Shown in pieces: positions 8,912 through 17,179 of a DNA stretch of 64,000 bases (positions are counted from its first letter, which is position 1; every line of letters starts with the position of its first letter). This DNA is from Candidatus Uhrbacteria bacterium (GTDB lineage: Bacteria; Patescibacteriota; Patescibacteriia; GWA2-47-26), in NCBI GenBank assembly GCA_016187515.1, contig JACPJN010000006.1, positions 128,856-192,855 of the forward strand, read 5' to 3'. Both the position numbers and the translations under genes were made by a program. The notes under the pieces were generated by a model. It saw nothing but the letters and a program-made list of their open reading frames with translations, did not search any database and was not told the DNA's origin.

Positions 8912-9679
8912 TTAACGTCCACACACCGCCGCCACTTCGCTCGCTAGGTGTAAATATGCCTTTGCCCCCCGCGAGCTTGGCGCGTGTTCAAAAATAGTTT
9001 TTCCGCTCGCCGGTGCCTCGGCCAACTTCACCGTCCGCGGCACCACGGCCCGAAATATTTTGCGCGGAAAATAGCGATACAGTTCAGAAAGCACTTCGTT
9101 GGAAAGCCGCTGGGCCCCGGCATACATGGTAATGAGCGCGCCCAGTACCTGGAGATTTTGATTCAACCCCTGTTGTACCAACTGAATTACGGAAATCAAT
9201 TGTCCCATGCCCTCGAGCGCGAAATACTCGGCTTGGACCGGAATCAATACCGCGTCCGCGGCGACTAAAGCGTTGACTACTAAAATTCCCAGCGAGGGCG
9301 GACAATCAATCAGAATATAATCGTAGGAAACCCGAGCCGGCTCCAGCGCTTCCTTTAGTTTGTATTCCCGTCCGGTGACGTTCACGAGTTCCACGGTCGC
9401 GCCGGCCAGATCCATGGTCGCGGGCGCCAAAGCTAGACGCGGAATACGCGTAGGTAAGATAGTGGCCGACAAAGACGTGCGGCCCACCAGCGCGTCGTAA
9501 ACCCCGGTTTTCAAAATCGCGCGATTGGCGCCGAGGCCGGCGGTCGCGTTTCCCTGCGGATCAAAATCCACTAAAAGCACCGCGGCGCCGTTTGCGGCCA
9601 ACTGTGCCCCCAGGTTAATCGCGGTGGTGGTCTTCCCCACGCCGCCTTTTTGATTGACGACAGCAATAATCTGTGCCAT
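8912..9679 (-). CDS. parA: chromosome partitioning ATPase ParA/Soj
   Basis: MAQIIAVVNQKGGVGKTTTAINLGAQLA is a deviant Walker A. Full-length ParA homology. Lies upstream of parB on the same strand. Confidence 0.95.
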   Translation of the reverse strand: MAQIIAVVNQKGGVGKTTTAINLGAQLAANGAAVLLVDFDPQGNATAGLGANRAILKTGVYDALVGRTSLSATILPTRIPRLALAPATMDLAGATVELVNVTGREYKLKEALEPARVSYDYILIDCPPSLGILVVNALVAADAVLIPVQAEYFALEGMGQLISVIQLVQQGLNQNLQVLGALITMYAGAQRLSNEVLSELYRYFPRKIFRAVVPRTVKLAEAPASGKTIFEHAPSSRGAKAYLHLASEVAAVCGR

Positions 9680-9691
9680 AATATCCCTATG

Positions 9692-9722
9692 CTTTCTCCC
9701 CCTTAGGATAAGGGGGAGTCAG
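9692..9722. repeat. palindrome cccccttaggataagggggag (intergenic member of the GC-rich element family)
   Basis: Read directly from the sequence. Same core as cccccttaagataagggggag at 58141 and ccccttatcttaagggg at 37180. Confidence 0.55.
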
Positions 9723-9771
9723 AAGGGGTTACGACAACAATCGTATCACAAAATAATAGAGTACACAACCT

Positions 9772-9858
9772 GCCGGGATGGTGAAACTGCCAGACACGCG
9801 GGACTCAAAATCCCGTGACCGCAAGGTCGTGAGGGTTGGACTCCCTCTCCCGGCACCA
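9772..9858 (+). tRNA. tRNA-Leu (anticodon CAA), class II with long variable arm, CCA encoded
   Basis: GCCGGGA acceptor stem paired with TCCCGGC. Anticodon stem CGGGA/TCCCG with loop CTCAAAA. Variable arm TGACCGCAAGGTCGTG. T arm GAGGG-TTGGACT-CCCTC, followed by ACCA. The T-loop is slightly atypical (TTG instead of TTC). Confidence 0.8.
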
Positions 9859-9867
9859 AACAATTTT

Positions 9868-10656
9868 ATGTCACGCGACACACGTACGCCTACACCGGAA
9901 GATCTTGGTATCGCGCCAGAAACCCGCGAAACAGAAAGACATATTGAAATTGAAGTGAAAATCGTCCACACCAAATCCGAGCATTCCACACCCGAAGGAT
10001 TACAAAAGAAAATTGAGGCGCTTGGTGGCACACTGGAGATACCGCGGCGCTTGCTGGAGGACGTGAGTTTCCGCAGAGAAAAGAAAGCGGCGCGGGATGC
10101 ACGGACATATATACTCACGTTGAAGGATTTTAAAAACCAACAAGACCTTGAACGCGTACTCTCCCTCCTTGGACTTAAAATTCTCCCTAGAGATGGAAAT
10201 GAAATTGCTGTACGCACTTCTGGCGGCTCAATGCCAACGCGCACTGTCAGATTGCGGCGTGATGGTGAACAGTTTGTATGGGGTGTGAAAGAATCGCGAG
10301 AAAAAGGTAAGAAATTTGATGAACGCCAGGAAGAAGAAGTGAGCGTTATACGCCCTCGGGCAGTGGAGGAAATTCTTAATGCACTTGGCTATACTCGCGA
10401 TACCGAGCGTCAAAAATATCGCTCCACGTTCCGCCTTAATAAAACGCTCGTTGAGCTCAACGAAGGACCAAAAGCGCCGCCCTGGATTGAAGTTGAGGCC
10501 GACTCTGCACAAAAGGCGACTAACCAAGATGTGTTTGACACTGTAGATCGGCTCGGTTACGCAAAAGCAGATACGGCCGCAATATCTGATGCCGACTACT
10601 ACCGTATGCATGGAGTTAATGATGAGGAATTGAGAAATTTGAAATTTTCGCAATAA
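9868..10656 (+). CDS. CYTH-domain protein (triphosphate tunnel metalloenzyme / class IV adenylate cyclase-like)
   Basis: N-terminal HIEIEVKI and C-terminal WIEVEAD acidic motifs bracket a roughly 200-aa domain, as in CYTH. The ORF-track start at 9778 overlaps the tRNA, so the start is moved to ATG 9868 (MSRDTRTP) in the same frame. Confidence 0.6.
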   Translation: MSRDTRTPTPEDLGIAPETRETERHIEIEVKIVHTKSEHSTPEGLQKKIEALGGTLEIPRRLLEDVSFRREKKAARDARTYILTLKDFKNQQDLERVLSLLGLKILPRDGNEIAVRTSGGSMPTRTVRLRRDGEQFVWGVKESREKGKKFDERQEEEVSVIRPRAVEEILNALGYTRDTERQKYRSTFRLNKTLVELNEGPKAPPWIEVEADSAQKATNQDVFDTVDRLGYAKADTAAISDADYYRMHGVNDEELRNLKFSQ

Positions 10657-10705
10657 CTTTTAATCAAATGCAAAAACACTCCGATGATGATCGGAGTGTT
10701 TTTAT

Positions 10706-10777
10706 TGCGGGGGCGGGATTTGAACCCGCGACCTCCGGGTTATGGGCCCGGCGAGCTTCCAGGCTGCTCCACCCCGC
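10706..10777 (-). tRNA. initiator tRNA-Met (anticodon CAT)
   Basis: The minus-strand sequence GCGGGGTGGAGCAGCCTGGAAGCTCGCCGGGCCCATAACCCGGAGGTCGCGGGTTCAAATCCCGCCCCCGCA is nearly identical to E. coli tRNA-fMet. This includes the three consecutive G-C pairs in the anticodon stem. No CCA is encoded. Confidence 0.9.
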
Positions 10778-10799
10778 TATATGCAATTTTGAGTAGGAA

Positions 10800-10856
10800 T
10801 CCACGACCTTCCCGACTATGGTCGGGACGGCTTCCATGCTGCTCCACCCCGCTATG
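10800..10856 (-). pseudogene. degenerate partial copy of tRNA-fMet (5' end through T-loop), 22 nt upstream of the intact gene
   Basis: GCGGGGTGGAGCAGCATGGAAGCCGTCCCGACCATAGTCGGGAAGGTCGTGGATTCC. The acceptor 5' strand and D-arm are conserved. The anticodon loop is shortened (CCATAG). The 3' T-stem and acceptor strand are absent. Confidence 0.6.
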
Positions 10857-10909
10857 CAGTGCGTGGATAACATGATACACTGCCATCTCAATACTGTCAA
10901 ACATCGCCC

Positions 10910-11989
10910 ATGAGCATTTTTTTTGACTCCATAATTTTGCTCTACCTCATCGCTTCCGCCACGTTGGGTATTGCTCTGTTTCGTGATCGCCGGCGGACTG
11001 GCACCTGGGAATCCCGCCACAAATTGCTAGCCATTAGTTGTTCAGTTGTTTTGTTGTTTAGTTTTTTGGTCGTAATCTGGGGCTCGTTCATTGAACCGCG
11101 CCTTATCACGGTAAAGACCGTACAGATTGATTTACCCAATTTTGAGCCAACCCAGCCGGTACGCGCGGCGCTGATATCCGACGTGCATGTCGGGACCTAT
11201 AAAAAAGGCGGTTGGATCCAGCGCGTGTCAAAACGCATCATTGCCGAACAGCCGGATTTGGTACTTATCGCCGGCGACCTGATTGTCAGCAAACCCGAAC
11301 ACGCGCAATACCTTTCTTCATTCTCCATTCTTAACTCTTCATTCCCAACCTACGCCGTGCTTGGCGACCATGATTATCATGTTAACCATGGCTACACGCT
11401 CGATCCAGAACTTGCCTCCGCGGTTGAAGAAGAGCTCATCCGCGCCGGAATACAAGTCATGCACAATGAAGCGCGGAAAATCGAGATTAACGATGCAACA
11501 TTTTGGCTCCTCGGTCTTGACGACTGGCTCGCCGGAAAAACCGACCTGCCGCACGCACTCTCCCAATTAACCAATCAACAAATCAACGAATCACCAATTG
11601 TTGCGCTCATCCACAACCCCGACTTTATCCTTGACCCGGAATTCACTGCCAAGGCGGGACAAGCAAAAAAAGCCGACTTAATCCTGGCCGGCAATACTCA
11701 TGGCGGACAAATTCGGCTGCCTTTTATTGGGGCAGTCAGTCGCCTACCCTCAAAACTCCCGCGCGCCTTTGATAAAGGACTATTTGATATTACTCCTCCC
11801 ACCCCTCCGCTCCCACCCCTCCTAACCTCCCCTCGGGCAGGGGAGGAAAAATTGTTTCTCCCCCTTGTCAAGGGGGAGTTAGAGGGGGTCCAAAAACGCT
11901 ACGTCTTTATCACCTCCGGCATTTCCGAATCCGGCCCCCGCGCCCGCCTCTTCAACCCGCCGGAAATCGTCATACTAGAGTTCAACTAA
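10910..11989 (+). CDS. membrane-anchored metallophosphoesterase (calcineurin-like)
   Basis: N-terminal TM helices. Metal-binding motifs are present: ISDVHVG, GDLIV, GDHDY and GNTHGGQ. An in-frame GC-rich palindromic insert at 11795-11890 encodes TPPTPPLPPLLTSPRAGEEKLFLPLVKGELEGV. Confidence 0.8.
   Translation: MSIFFDSIILLYLIASATLGIALFRDRRRTGTWESRHKLLAISCSVVLLFSFLVVIWGSFIEPRLITVKTVQIDLPNFEPTQPVRAALISDVHVGTYKKGGWIQRVSKRIIAEQPDLVLIAGDLIVSKPEHAQYLSSFSILNSSFPTYAVLGDHDYHVNHGYTLDPELASAVEEELIRAGIQVMHNEARKIEINDATFWLLGLDDWLAGKTDLPHALSQLTNQQINESPIVALIHNPDFILDPEFTAKAGQAKKADLILAGNTHGGQIRLPFIGAVSRLPSKLPRAFDKGLFDITPPTPPLPPLLTSPRAGEEKLFLPLVKGELEGVQKRYVFITSGISESGPRARLFNPPEIVILEFN
11795..11890. repeat. GC-rich palindromic element (reverse orientation of the 35622/62860 element) in-frame in the phosphoesterase gene
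   Basis: The reverse complement reads gaccccctctaactcccccttgacaagggggagaaacaatttttcctcccctgcccgaggggaggttaggaggggtgggag. This is near-identical to the copies at 35622-35706 and 62860-62938. Confidence 0.7.
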
Positions 11990-12002
11990 CTTCTACTCCC
12001 TT

Positions 12003-12899
12003 TCAATCCCCCAGAGATCGTTCTCCTTGAACTACGCTGAATCCCCACTTTAACAATTTGGCCATATCTTGAAAGCGCGCATCGTTGGTTTCACTTCCCA
12101 ACACCACCGCCATGAGTTCACTGCCATAGCTGCGCGCGGCAAATACTAAATTATATTTACTCTCTTCGATATGTCCGGTTTTTCCTCCTAGAATCGGGCC
12201 GTCGGGAGGATTAAACCAGCGTAATAATTGATTAGTAGCGTGAACTTCTCGAGCGGCTTTGCCTTTTGGCGCAAATTGAAACGAGGACTTAAGAACCGCT
12301 TCGCGGATTGGCGCGTGGCTTAAACTAAAACGGGCCAAAGCGGCGACCTCCCGAGCGGTACCGACATTTTCCGCGCGAAGTCCGGTCGGATCGGCAAACT
12401 TTAAACTGCGCAAACCAAGTTTTTCGGCTTTAGCATTCATGGCCAAGACCCCCGCCGCCTCATCTCCCAAAAAACTGCGCGTGAGCAGCATCGCGGCGTC
12501 GTTGGAAGAGGCCGTAAGCATCAGGTTCCAAGCGTCAACGACCTTAAGCTGTTCTCCTGGAATGAGATAAGCAATATCGCCGTTACGGCGATCTTGTGCT
12601 TCAAAAGTTATAAGGCCATTCCAGTCCGGATTTTTATCCAGTAGCGCAAGCGCGGTCATTAGTTTAGTAATGCTCGCGATCGGCCGGACGGTATCCGCAT
12701 TCTTGGAGTGCAAAATTATTCCTTCCGTGGTATCCGCCAGAAACACGCTCTCGGCCGAGAGTGAAGGCAACTCCCCCGCTCCCCCTCTTAAGTTAAGAGG
12801 GGGTGGCCCGCCCGAGGCGGGTAGGGGGGCGTTATGCAACGTCTGCACGGCTAGAAATGCTCCCACCGCGGCAAATAAAGAAGCGAGCTGAAGAAGCAT
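12003..12899 (-). CDS. D-alanyl-D-alanine carboxypeptidase (peptidase S11, PBP5/6-like)
   Basis: SxxK (ASITKLMT), SxN (SSND) and KTG (GGKTG) motifs are in the correct order, with an N-terminal signal peptide. An in-frame palindromic insert at 12771-12832 (ccccctcttaagttaagaggggg) lies near the N-terminus. Confidence 0.8.
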   Translation of the reverse strand: MLLQLASLFAAVGAFLAVQTLHNAPLPASGGPPPLNLRGGAGELPSLSAESVFLADTTEGIILHSKNADTVRPIASITKLMTALALLDKNPDWNGLITFEAQDRRNGDIAYLIPGEQLKVVDAWNLMLTASSNDAAMLLTRSFLGDEAAGVLAMNAKAEKLGLRSLKFADPTGLRAENVGTAREVAALARFSLSHAPIREAVLKSSFQFAPKGKAAREVHATNQLLRWFNPPDGPILGGKTGHIEESKYNLVFAARSYGSELMAVVLGSETNDARFQDMAKLLKWGFSVVQGERSLGD

Positions 12900-12964
12900 A
12901 GCAATTGAAGCGAGACAAGTAAATCAGGTAAAGCAAGCAAGTCAAGTAACTTGATTCACTTGAT
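12900..12964. repeat. TTGATTTACTTG-type low-complexity hairpin spacer
   Basis: gcgagacaagtaaatcaggtaaagcaagcaagtcaagtaacttgattcacttgatttactt. The same word family fills the spacers at 13925-14010, 14570-14665 and 15030-15085, and occurs in-frame in rluD at 62265-62310. Confidence 0.6.
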
Positions 12965-13513
12965 TTACTTATTTTGCTCAAGCAAAGTGGTCATCACCTC
13001 ATGTCCGTGCAGCGCTCCGTAGTCCGGGAGCTCTTCCACCAAGCGGACCCCCAGATAGCGGAGAAAATCCATGCTCACCCGAATCCGATTTTCCTTACGC
13101 ACGGCATCATATTCTTCGTCAATCAGCCCGCGGATTAAGAGGTTGCGCAAAATCAGCCCGCAGCTGACCCCGCGGATAATCTCCAGCTCGCCTTTTGAAA
13201 TCGGGCCCCGATACGCGATCACGGTCAGGGTCTCCAATTGCGGACGCGTCAGTTCTCCGGCAAATTCCTCTTTTACAAAGGCCGCGACCACGGCCGCGGT
13301 TTCTCCCGCGGTCCCCATTTGCCAATTTTTACCGGTTGAAAAAATCTGCAATCCGCTGGCGCGCGCTTTGTATTCCTCCTGCAGTTCTTTTAAGGCCTCC
13401 CCGACCCGCGCTTCTTTTTCTCCGACAAATTCGGCGATCTTTTTTATGGTCATCGGCCGGCCGGCCACAAACAACAGCGCCTCAAGATTTGATTTAAGCG
13501 TCATAATTCGCAC
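12965..13513 (-). CDS. scpB: segregation and condensation protein B
   Basis: LEALLFVAGRPMTIKKIAEFVG is followed by tandem wHTH-like halves typical of ScpB. Length 182 aa. Confidence 0.8.
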   Translation of the reverse strand: MRIMTLKSNLEALLFVAGRPMTIKKIAEFVGEKEARVGEALKELQEEYKARASGLQIFSTGKNWQMGTAGETAAVVAAFVKEEFAGELTRPQLETLTVIAYRGPISKGELEIIRGVSCGLILRNLLIRGLIDEEYDAVRKENRIRVSMDFLRYLGVRLVEELPDYGALHGHEVMTTLLEQNK

Positions 13514-13515
13514 CT

Positions 13516-13986
13516 CTACCTCTTTTTCTTAGGCAGATATTCTTCGTATTTTTTTCTTTCCGCCAGCTGCGCGTATTCTCGTTTGTAGTTTTTCAGCACA
13601 CCTTTCAAAATCACCGCAAACCAAGAAACGGTAATCAAAAAAATCAGCAGCGTCCACCCTCGCGCGGAAAGAATCACGGCGCCGACTTGTCTGGACCAAA
13701 TCAGTATCAGCATAAACGCCGCGAAAAACCAGAATGGACGGCTAAGTTTGGAAAGCCCGCGGGCCAGCGGCGGATTATCTTTTTTCCGGCGGCTTAATAT
13801 CTTAAAGACAATTCCCCCGCCAATAAACAAGGCCACGACAATAATCGCGGCAATAAAAGAAAACCGACGCAATGGCGGAGTATATACCGCAAACCAATAA
13901 GAGAGGTGCAATAGATTGGTAAATTGCATGCGAGTAGGTAAATCAAGTAAATTAAGTAAAGCAAGTAAATCAAGGGCTTGATTCAC
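13516..13986 (-). CDS. hypothetical membrane protein (about 4 TM helices)
   Basis: Hydrophobic segments FIAAIIVVALFIGGGIVF, FWFFAAFMLILIW and LLIFLITVSWFAVIL. No family recognised. Confidence 0.5.
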   Translation of the reverse strand: MNQALDLLALLNLLDLPTRMQFTNLLHLSYWFAVYTPPLRRFSFIAAIIVVALFIGGGIVFKILSRRKKDNPPLARGLSKLSRPFWFFAAFMLILIWSRQVGAVILSARGWTLLIFLITVSWFAVILKGVLKNYKREYAQLAERKKYEEYLPKKKR

Positions 13987-14009
13987 TTGTCTCGCTTGAC
14001 TTGCATGAT

Positions 14010-14567
14010 TTACTTTTTCTCAAAGACAATGCCGAAGTGATACGGGCCGGCCTCGAATTCCTCGCGATACTCAAATCCGGCTTCTTGAGCCAGTTGCCGC
14101 GCCGTCGCTGGCGCGATGCGCCGCTCCGGAGGAGGACCCAAGGGGCTCGCGGTTTGCTTCCAATCGCCAACCAGCAGCGTGCCGCCGGATTTGGTAATCC
14201 GCGCCGCCTCGCGCAGGACTGCCGCGCGGGCCGGAATTTGAGAAAGATCATTGACGAGCACCGTCAGATCCGCGGAACCATCCGTAATTTTCAGCGCGCC
14301 CGGTTTTTCCAAATCCGCCCACACGGTTTCCACATTATCCACTCCTTCGAGCTTGGCCCGGCTGCGGATCGCCTCCAGCACGGATTTCAAAATATCCACC
14401 GCGTACACCCGCCCGGTCGGGCCGGTCAGATGCGCGGCGGGAAATACAAAATGCCCGGAGGTACCGCAGGCCAGCTCCGCGACAATATCCCCCTGTTTAA
14501 TGCCGGCGCGGGTCAGGAGTTTCACCGCGTCGATTAGCTCGTTGCCGCCGTGGAATCGAATGGACAT
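14010..14567 (-). CDS. class I SAM-dependent methyltransferase
   Basis: Motif I VAELACGTSGHF, followed by acidic motif II VYAVD and motif III-like LLVGDW. The start is moved to MSIRFHG (14567), because the upstream 15 codons of ORF-track 14010..14612 are encoded by the intergenic repeat. Confidence 0.7.
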   Translation of the reverse strand: MSIRFHGGNELIDAVKLLTRAGIKQGDIVAELACGTSGHFVFPAAHLTGPTGRVYAVDILKSVLEAIRSRAKLEGVDNVETVWADLEKPGALKITDGSADLTVLVNDLSQIPARAAVLREAARITKSGGTLLVGDWKQTASPLGPPPERRIAPATARQLAQEAGFEYREEFEAGPYHFGIVFEKK

Positions 14568-14608
14568 ACGATTGCAGTAAAGCAAGTAAATCAGGTAAAT
14601 CAAGTGAA

Positions 14609-15028
14609 TCAAATGCTTGATTTACTTGACTTGCTCGTCTCGCCTGATTTACTTAATTGATGAGTATTATCCTTCTGACTTTGAATCCATCGCCGTAATT
14701 TTTTACTTACCTCCCCTCCAAGCGCCTCAATACTAGTATACTGTGCTTTATCAATATAGCCAAGCTCACATGCGACCATCAGCTGATATCGTACCTCCTC
14801 TAAGGAAGCATCGGCAATATTGTAAAAGTGGAGACTATCATATACTGACTTTCTGTGAAAGCCCTCTACAATATTGGATGCTACAGATAGCGCGGCACGA
14901 CGTAGCTGTGATACAAGGCCGTACATCTCATGTGGTGGAAACTTTGCAGTAAGGCGATACACTTCTACCACAAGTTGATGTGCTTTCTGCCACACCTGTA
15001 AATCCCTAAAGGTACTGATCTGTGCCAT
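14609..15028 (-). CDS. four-helix-bundle protein (23S rRNA intervening-sequence protein / Avd-like family)
   Basis: FRDLQVWQKAHQLVVEVYRLTAKFPPHEMYGLVSQLRRAALSVASNIVEG matches the family consensus. The C-terminal tail (SKSGETSKSSKSS) is encoded by the TTGATTTACTTG repeat, so the true stop may lie earlier. Confidence 0.75.
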   Translation of the reverse strand: MAQISTFRDLQVWQKAHQLVVEVYRLTAKFPPHEMYGLVSQLRRAALSVASNIVEGFHRKSVYDSLHFYNIADASLEEVRYQLMVACELGYIDKAQYTSIEALGGEVSKKLRRWIQSQKDNTHQLSKSGETSKSSKSSI

Positions 15029-15076
15029 ACAACCTGATTTACTTGATTTACCCGTGATTTACCTGTCTCGCTTGAT

Positions 15077-15322
15077 TTACTTCAACCCAAACAACCTCCC
15101 AAAAATCGCCAAACCAATACTTTGCAAAATTCCGCTCATGTAGAAAAACGAGAGCAAGATGATCGCCACCCCCGCTAATTTATAAAATAGCCGCGAACCG
15201 CCTTCGGTTCCCAAATGCTGCTCGGCCCAAGCGACCGGGCCAAGCGAATTATATAATTTTTCCGAATAAATTACGATAAGCGCCCCGACCGCGGCTCCGA
15301 TTAACGCGAAAATATAACGCAT
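15077..15322 (-). CDS. small membrane protein (2 TM)
   Basis: MRYIFALIGAAVGALIVIY... and VAIILLSFFYMSGILQSIGLAIFG. No family recognised. Confidence 0.45.
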   Translation of the reverse strand: MRYIFALIGAAVGALIVIYSEKLYNSLGPVAWAEQHLGTEGGSRLFYKLAGVAIILLSFFYMSGILQSIGLAIFGRLFGLK

Positions 15323-15498
15323 AATTTAGTGCGAGGTCATACCTCCGTTAAATCGGAGGTCCGACCCCCATATTATTAAATCAACAAACGATCATAGTAT
15401 AACACGATTTATAAAAACAAAAAAGCGGAGAGCTTTGGTCCAAGACCCTGTTGTTCTGTTGTTCAGGGTTCCCGGCCTAAGATCCGCAGCGTACCCAC

Positions 15499-16704
15499 CT
15501 AGAAGGTGAGCGTCTCCCCCGCAAACGGGAACGGTCCGTAAGCAGGCAGGAGCGTGTTGTAACAGGAAAGATCACGTCCGGCGTTTATCGTACACCAGTG
15601 AACCGGACTGATTAACTCGGCTCGCAGGGTGTCGTCGAGCGGAGCAGAGGCACCCGTGGCGTCCACCTGAATCCGGAAGGTTGCGGTGGAATTCCCGTCA
15701 ATCTCTTCCTGCATCGGCAGAGCGAATCCTCGGGTGTACTCCGCGCCATCCACCGCCATCTCCAACGGAAATCCCCTAGAGACACTCTCGCCCTCGGCAT
15801 TGAGGATTTGCACATCGCGCGGTTGCCAACCTGATGCAGCGTGATCCGTCCACCAAAGTCGCACCTCCACCCAATGAAGCTCCACGTCCGGGACCACCGC
15901 GGCTCGCGCGCAATCCAAGGTCCCTCGGGGATCCACTCGCACGTGAAGCGCATCAATCACACCAGCGACAGCCGCTCCGGAAGGCGTCGTGGGGGCAATG
16001 CTGAAGATAAGACCCACCGGCACATGGATAATGCGATATCCATATCCAGCGGCATCAGTTACCGCGCCGCACATCTCCTCCTCGGCTCCGACTCCATCGG
16101 CACATTCTGGATCAGTGGAGTCGGCCAACCCATCGCAGTTATCGTCCACGCTATTGTGGCAGTCCTCCACCGCACCGGGGTAGGCATTGGGGTTAGTTGG
16201 CCAGCAGTCATCCGGCTCGCTCCGTCCAAGCACCAACCCGTCCGGACAACCGCATCCAAAGTACAGTAGGCACGCGGAGTTGATGCTTGTATGGCCATCG
16301 CGATCGAAATCGCTGCAACAATCCAGCCAATCCGCTTCGTCAACGAAGCCGTCGCAATCGTTGTCAATGCTGTCGCCGCAGACTTCTTCACCGGTCGGAA
16401 TGCATTCCTCACCCTCACTCTCGGACTCGGCTTCTGATTCGGCCTCGCTTTCCGACTCCGCCTCCGATTCGGCTTCGCTCTCGGCTTCCGCTTCGGACTC
16501 GGCCTCCGCCTCCGATTCGGCTTCGGATTCGCCCTCATCCGCGGGAGCCGGAACCGTCACCACGACAACGCACACGCCGTCCTGGCACTCGCCCCGCCCG
16601 CGACAATCCTCGGAAGCCTGGCACGGACCGTATTCGTGCACGATGGTCGTTTCGCCACCGCAAGCCACGACAAACAGTGTACCGATCAACATGATCGTTC
16701 GCAT
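15499..16704 (-). CDS. secreted lipoprotein with ESEA acidic repeat tract and Cys/Asp-rich metal-binding-type motifs
   Basis: Lipobox signal MRTIMLIGTLFVVAC. A 42-aa (E/S)EA tandem repeat (ESEAESEAEAESEA...). Repeated DNDCDG / DDNCDG motifs (MopE-type putative metal-binding motif). High GC relative to the flanks. Confidence 0.6.
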   Translation of the reverse strand: MRTIMLIGTLFVVACGGETTIVHEYGPCQASEDCRGRGECQDGVCVVVVTVPAPADEGESEAESEAEAESEAEAESEAESEAESESEAESEAESESEGEECIPTGEEVCGDSIDNDCDGFVDEADWLDCCSDFDRDGHTSINSACLLYFGCGCPDGLVLGRSEPDDCWPTNPNAYPGAVEDCHNSVDDNCDGLADSTDPECADGVGAEEEMCGAVTDAAGYGYRIIHVPVGLIFSIAPTTPSGAAVAGVIDALHVRVDPRGTLDCARAAVVPDVELHWVEVRLWWTDHAASGWQPRDVQILNAEGESVSRGFPLEMAVDGAEYTRGFALPMQEEIDGNSTATFRIQVDATGASAPLDDTLRAELISPVHWCTINAGRDLSCYNTLLPAYGPFPFAGETLTF

Positions 16705-16867
16705 GAGTCAGTCTCCTTGCTAATCCAGGGTTTGATTTGCCAGCAATGCTTGGTGCACAAATTAATTACGACCCAAATACTGCTGGCACACTTTCTCATT
16801 TAAAAGAACACCAACCAATATAACACAAGAATGGGCTTTTGTCAAGCCCATTCTTATCATCCGCTCA

Positions 16868-16939
16868 TGCGCGCTGAGGGGATTGAACCCCCGGCCTACT
16901 CGGTGTAAACGAGTCGCTCTACCACTGAGCTAAGCGCGC
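16868..16939 (-). tRNA. tRNA-Val (anticodon TAC)
   Basis: Minus-strand sequence GCGCGCTTAGCTCAGTGGTAGAGCGACTCGTTTACACCGAGTAGGCCGGGGGTTCAATCCCCTCAGCGCGCA has a canonical cloverleaf. No CCA is encoded. Confidence 0.9.
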
Positions 16940-17059
16940 ACATTTATCTATAAGCAAGAGGTTAGGTGCTCTACCACTGAGTCCCGACGAGCCGACTCAT
17001 CGTCGGCTGTCGGCTCCCCGACTCCGCCGGAGGCGGACGTCGGGGCTACGCGCGCAAAA
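16940..17059 (-). pseudogene. tRNA-Val-like 5' fragment (acceptor + D-arm) interrupted by a 64-nt palindromic insertion, directly upstream of the intact tRNA-Val
   Basis: Minus strand reads GCGCGCGTAGC then an insert (CCCGACG...CGTCGGGA) then CTCAGTGGTAGAGCACC. The insert is itself a nest of hairpins: TCCGCCTCCGGCGGA, GTCGGGGAGCCGAC and AGCCGACGATGAGTCGGCT. No anticodon or T arm follows. Confidence 0.55.
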
Positions 17060-17142
17060 TGCCCGGGAGAGGATTCGAACCTCCATGCCCTTGCGGGCGT
17101 CGCCACCTCAAGGCGGTGTGTCTGCCATTCCACCACCCGGGC
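17060..17142 (-). tRNA. tRNA-Leu (anticodon GAG), class II
   Basis: Minus-strand sequence GCCCGGGTGGTGGAATGGCAGACACACCGCCTTGAGGTGGCGACGCCCGCAAGGGCATGGAGGTTCGAATCCTCTCCCGGGCA. It has a long variable arm and the canonical T-loop TTCGAAT. Confidence 0.85.
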
Positions 17143-17179
17143 ACATTTTGATAAATTTTTACTTACTACTTACCCTTAC

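Noticed and set aside
9778-9867. ORF-track start of the CYTH gene at 9778
   Set aside because: It overlaps a well-formed tRNA-Leu(CAA) at 9772-9858. The in-frame ATG at 9868, right after the tRNA, is the plausible start.
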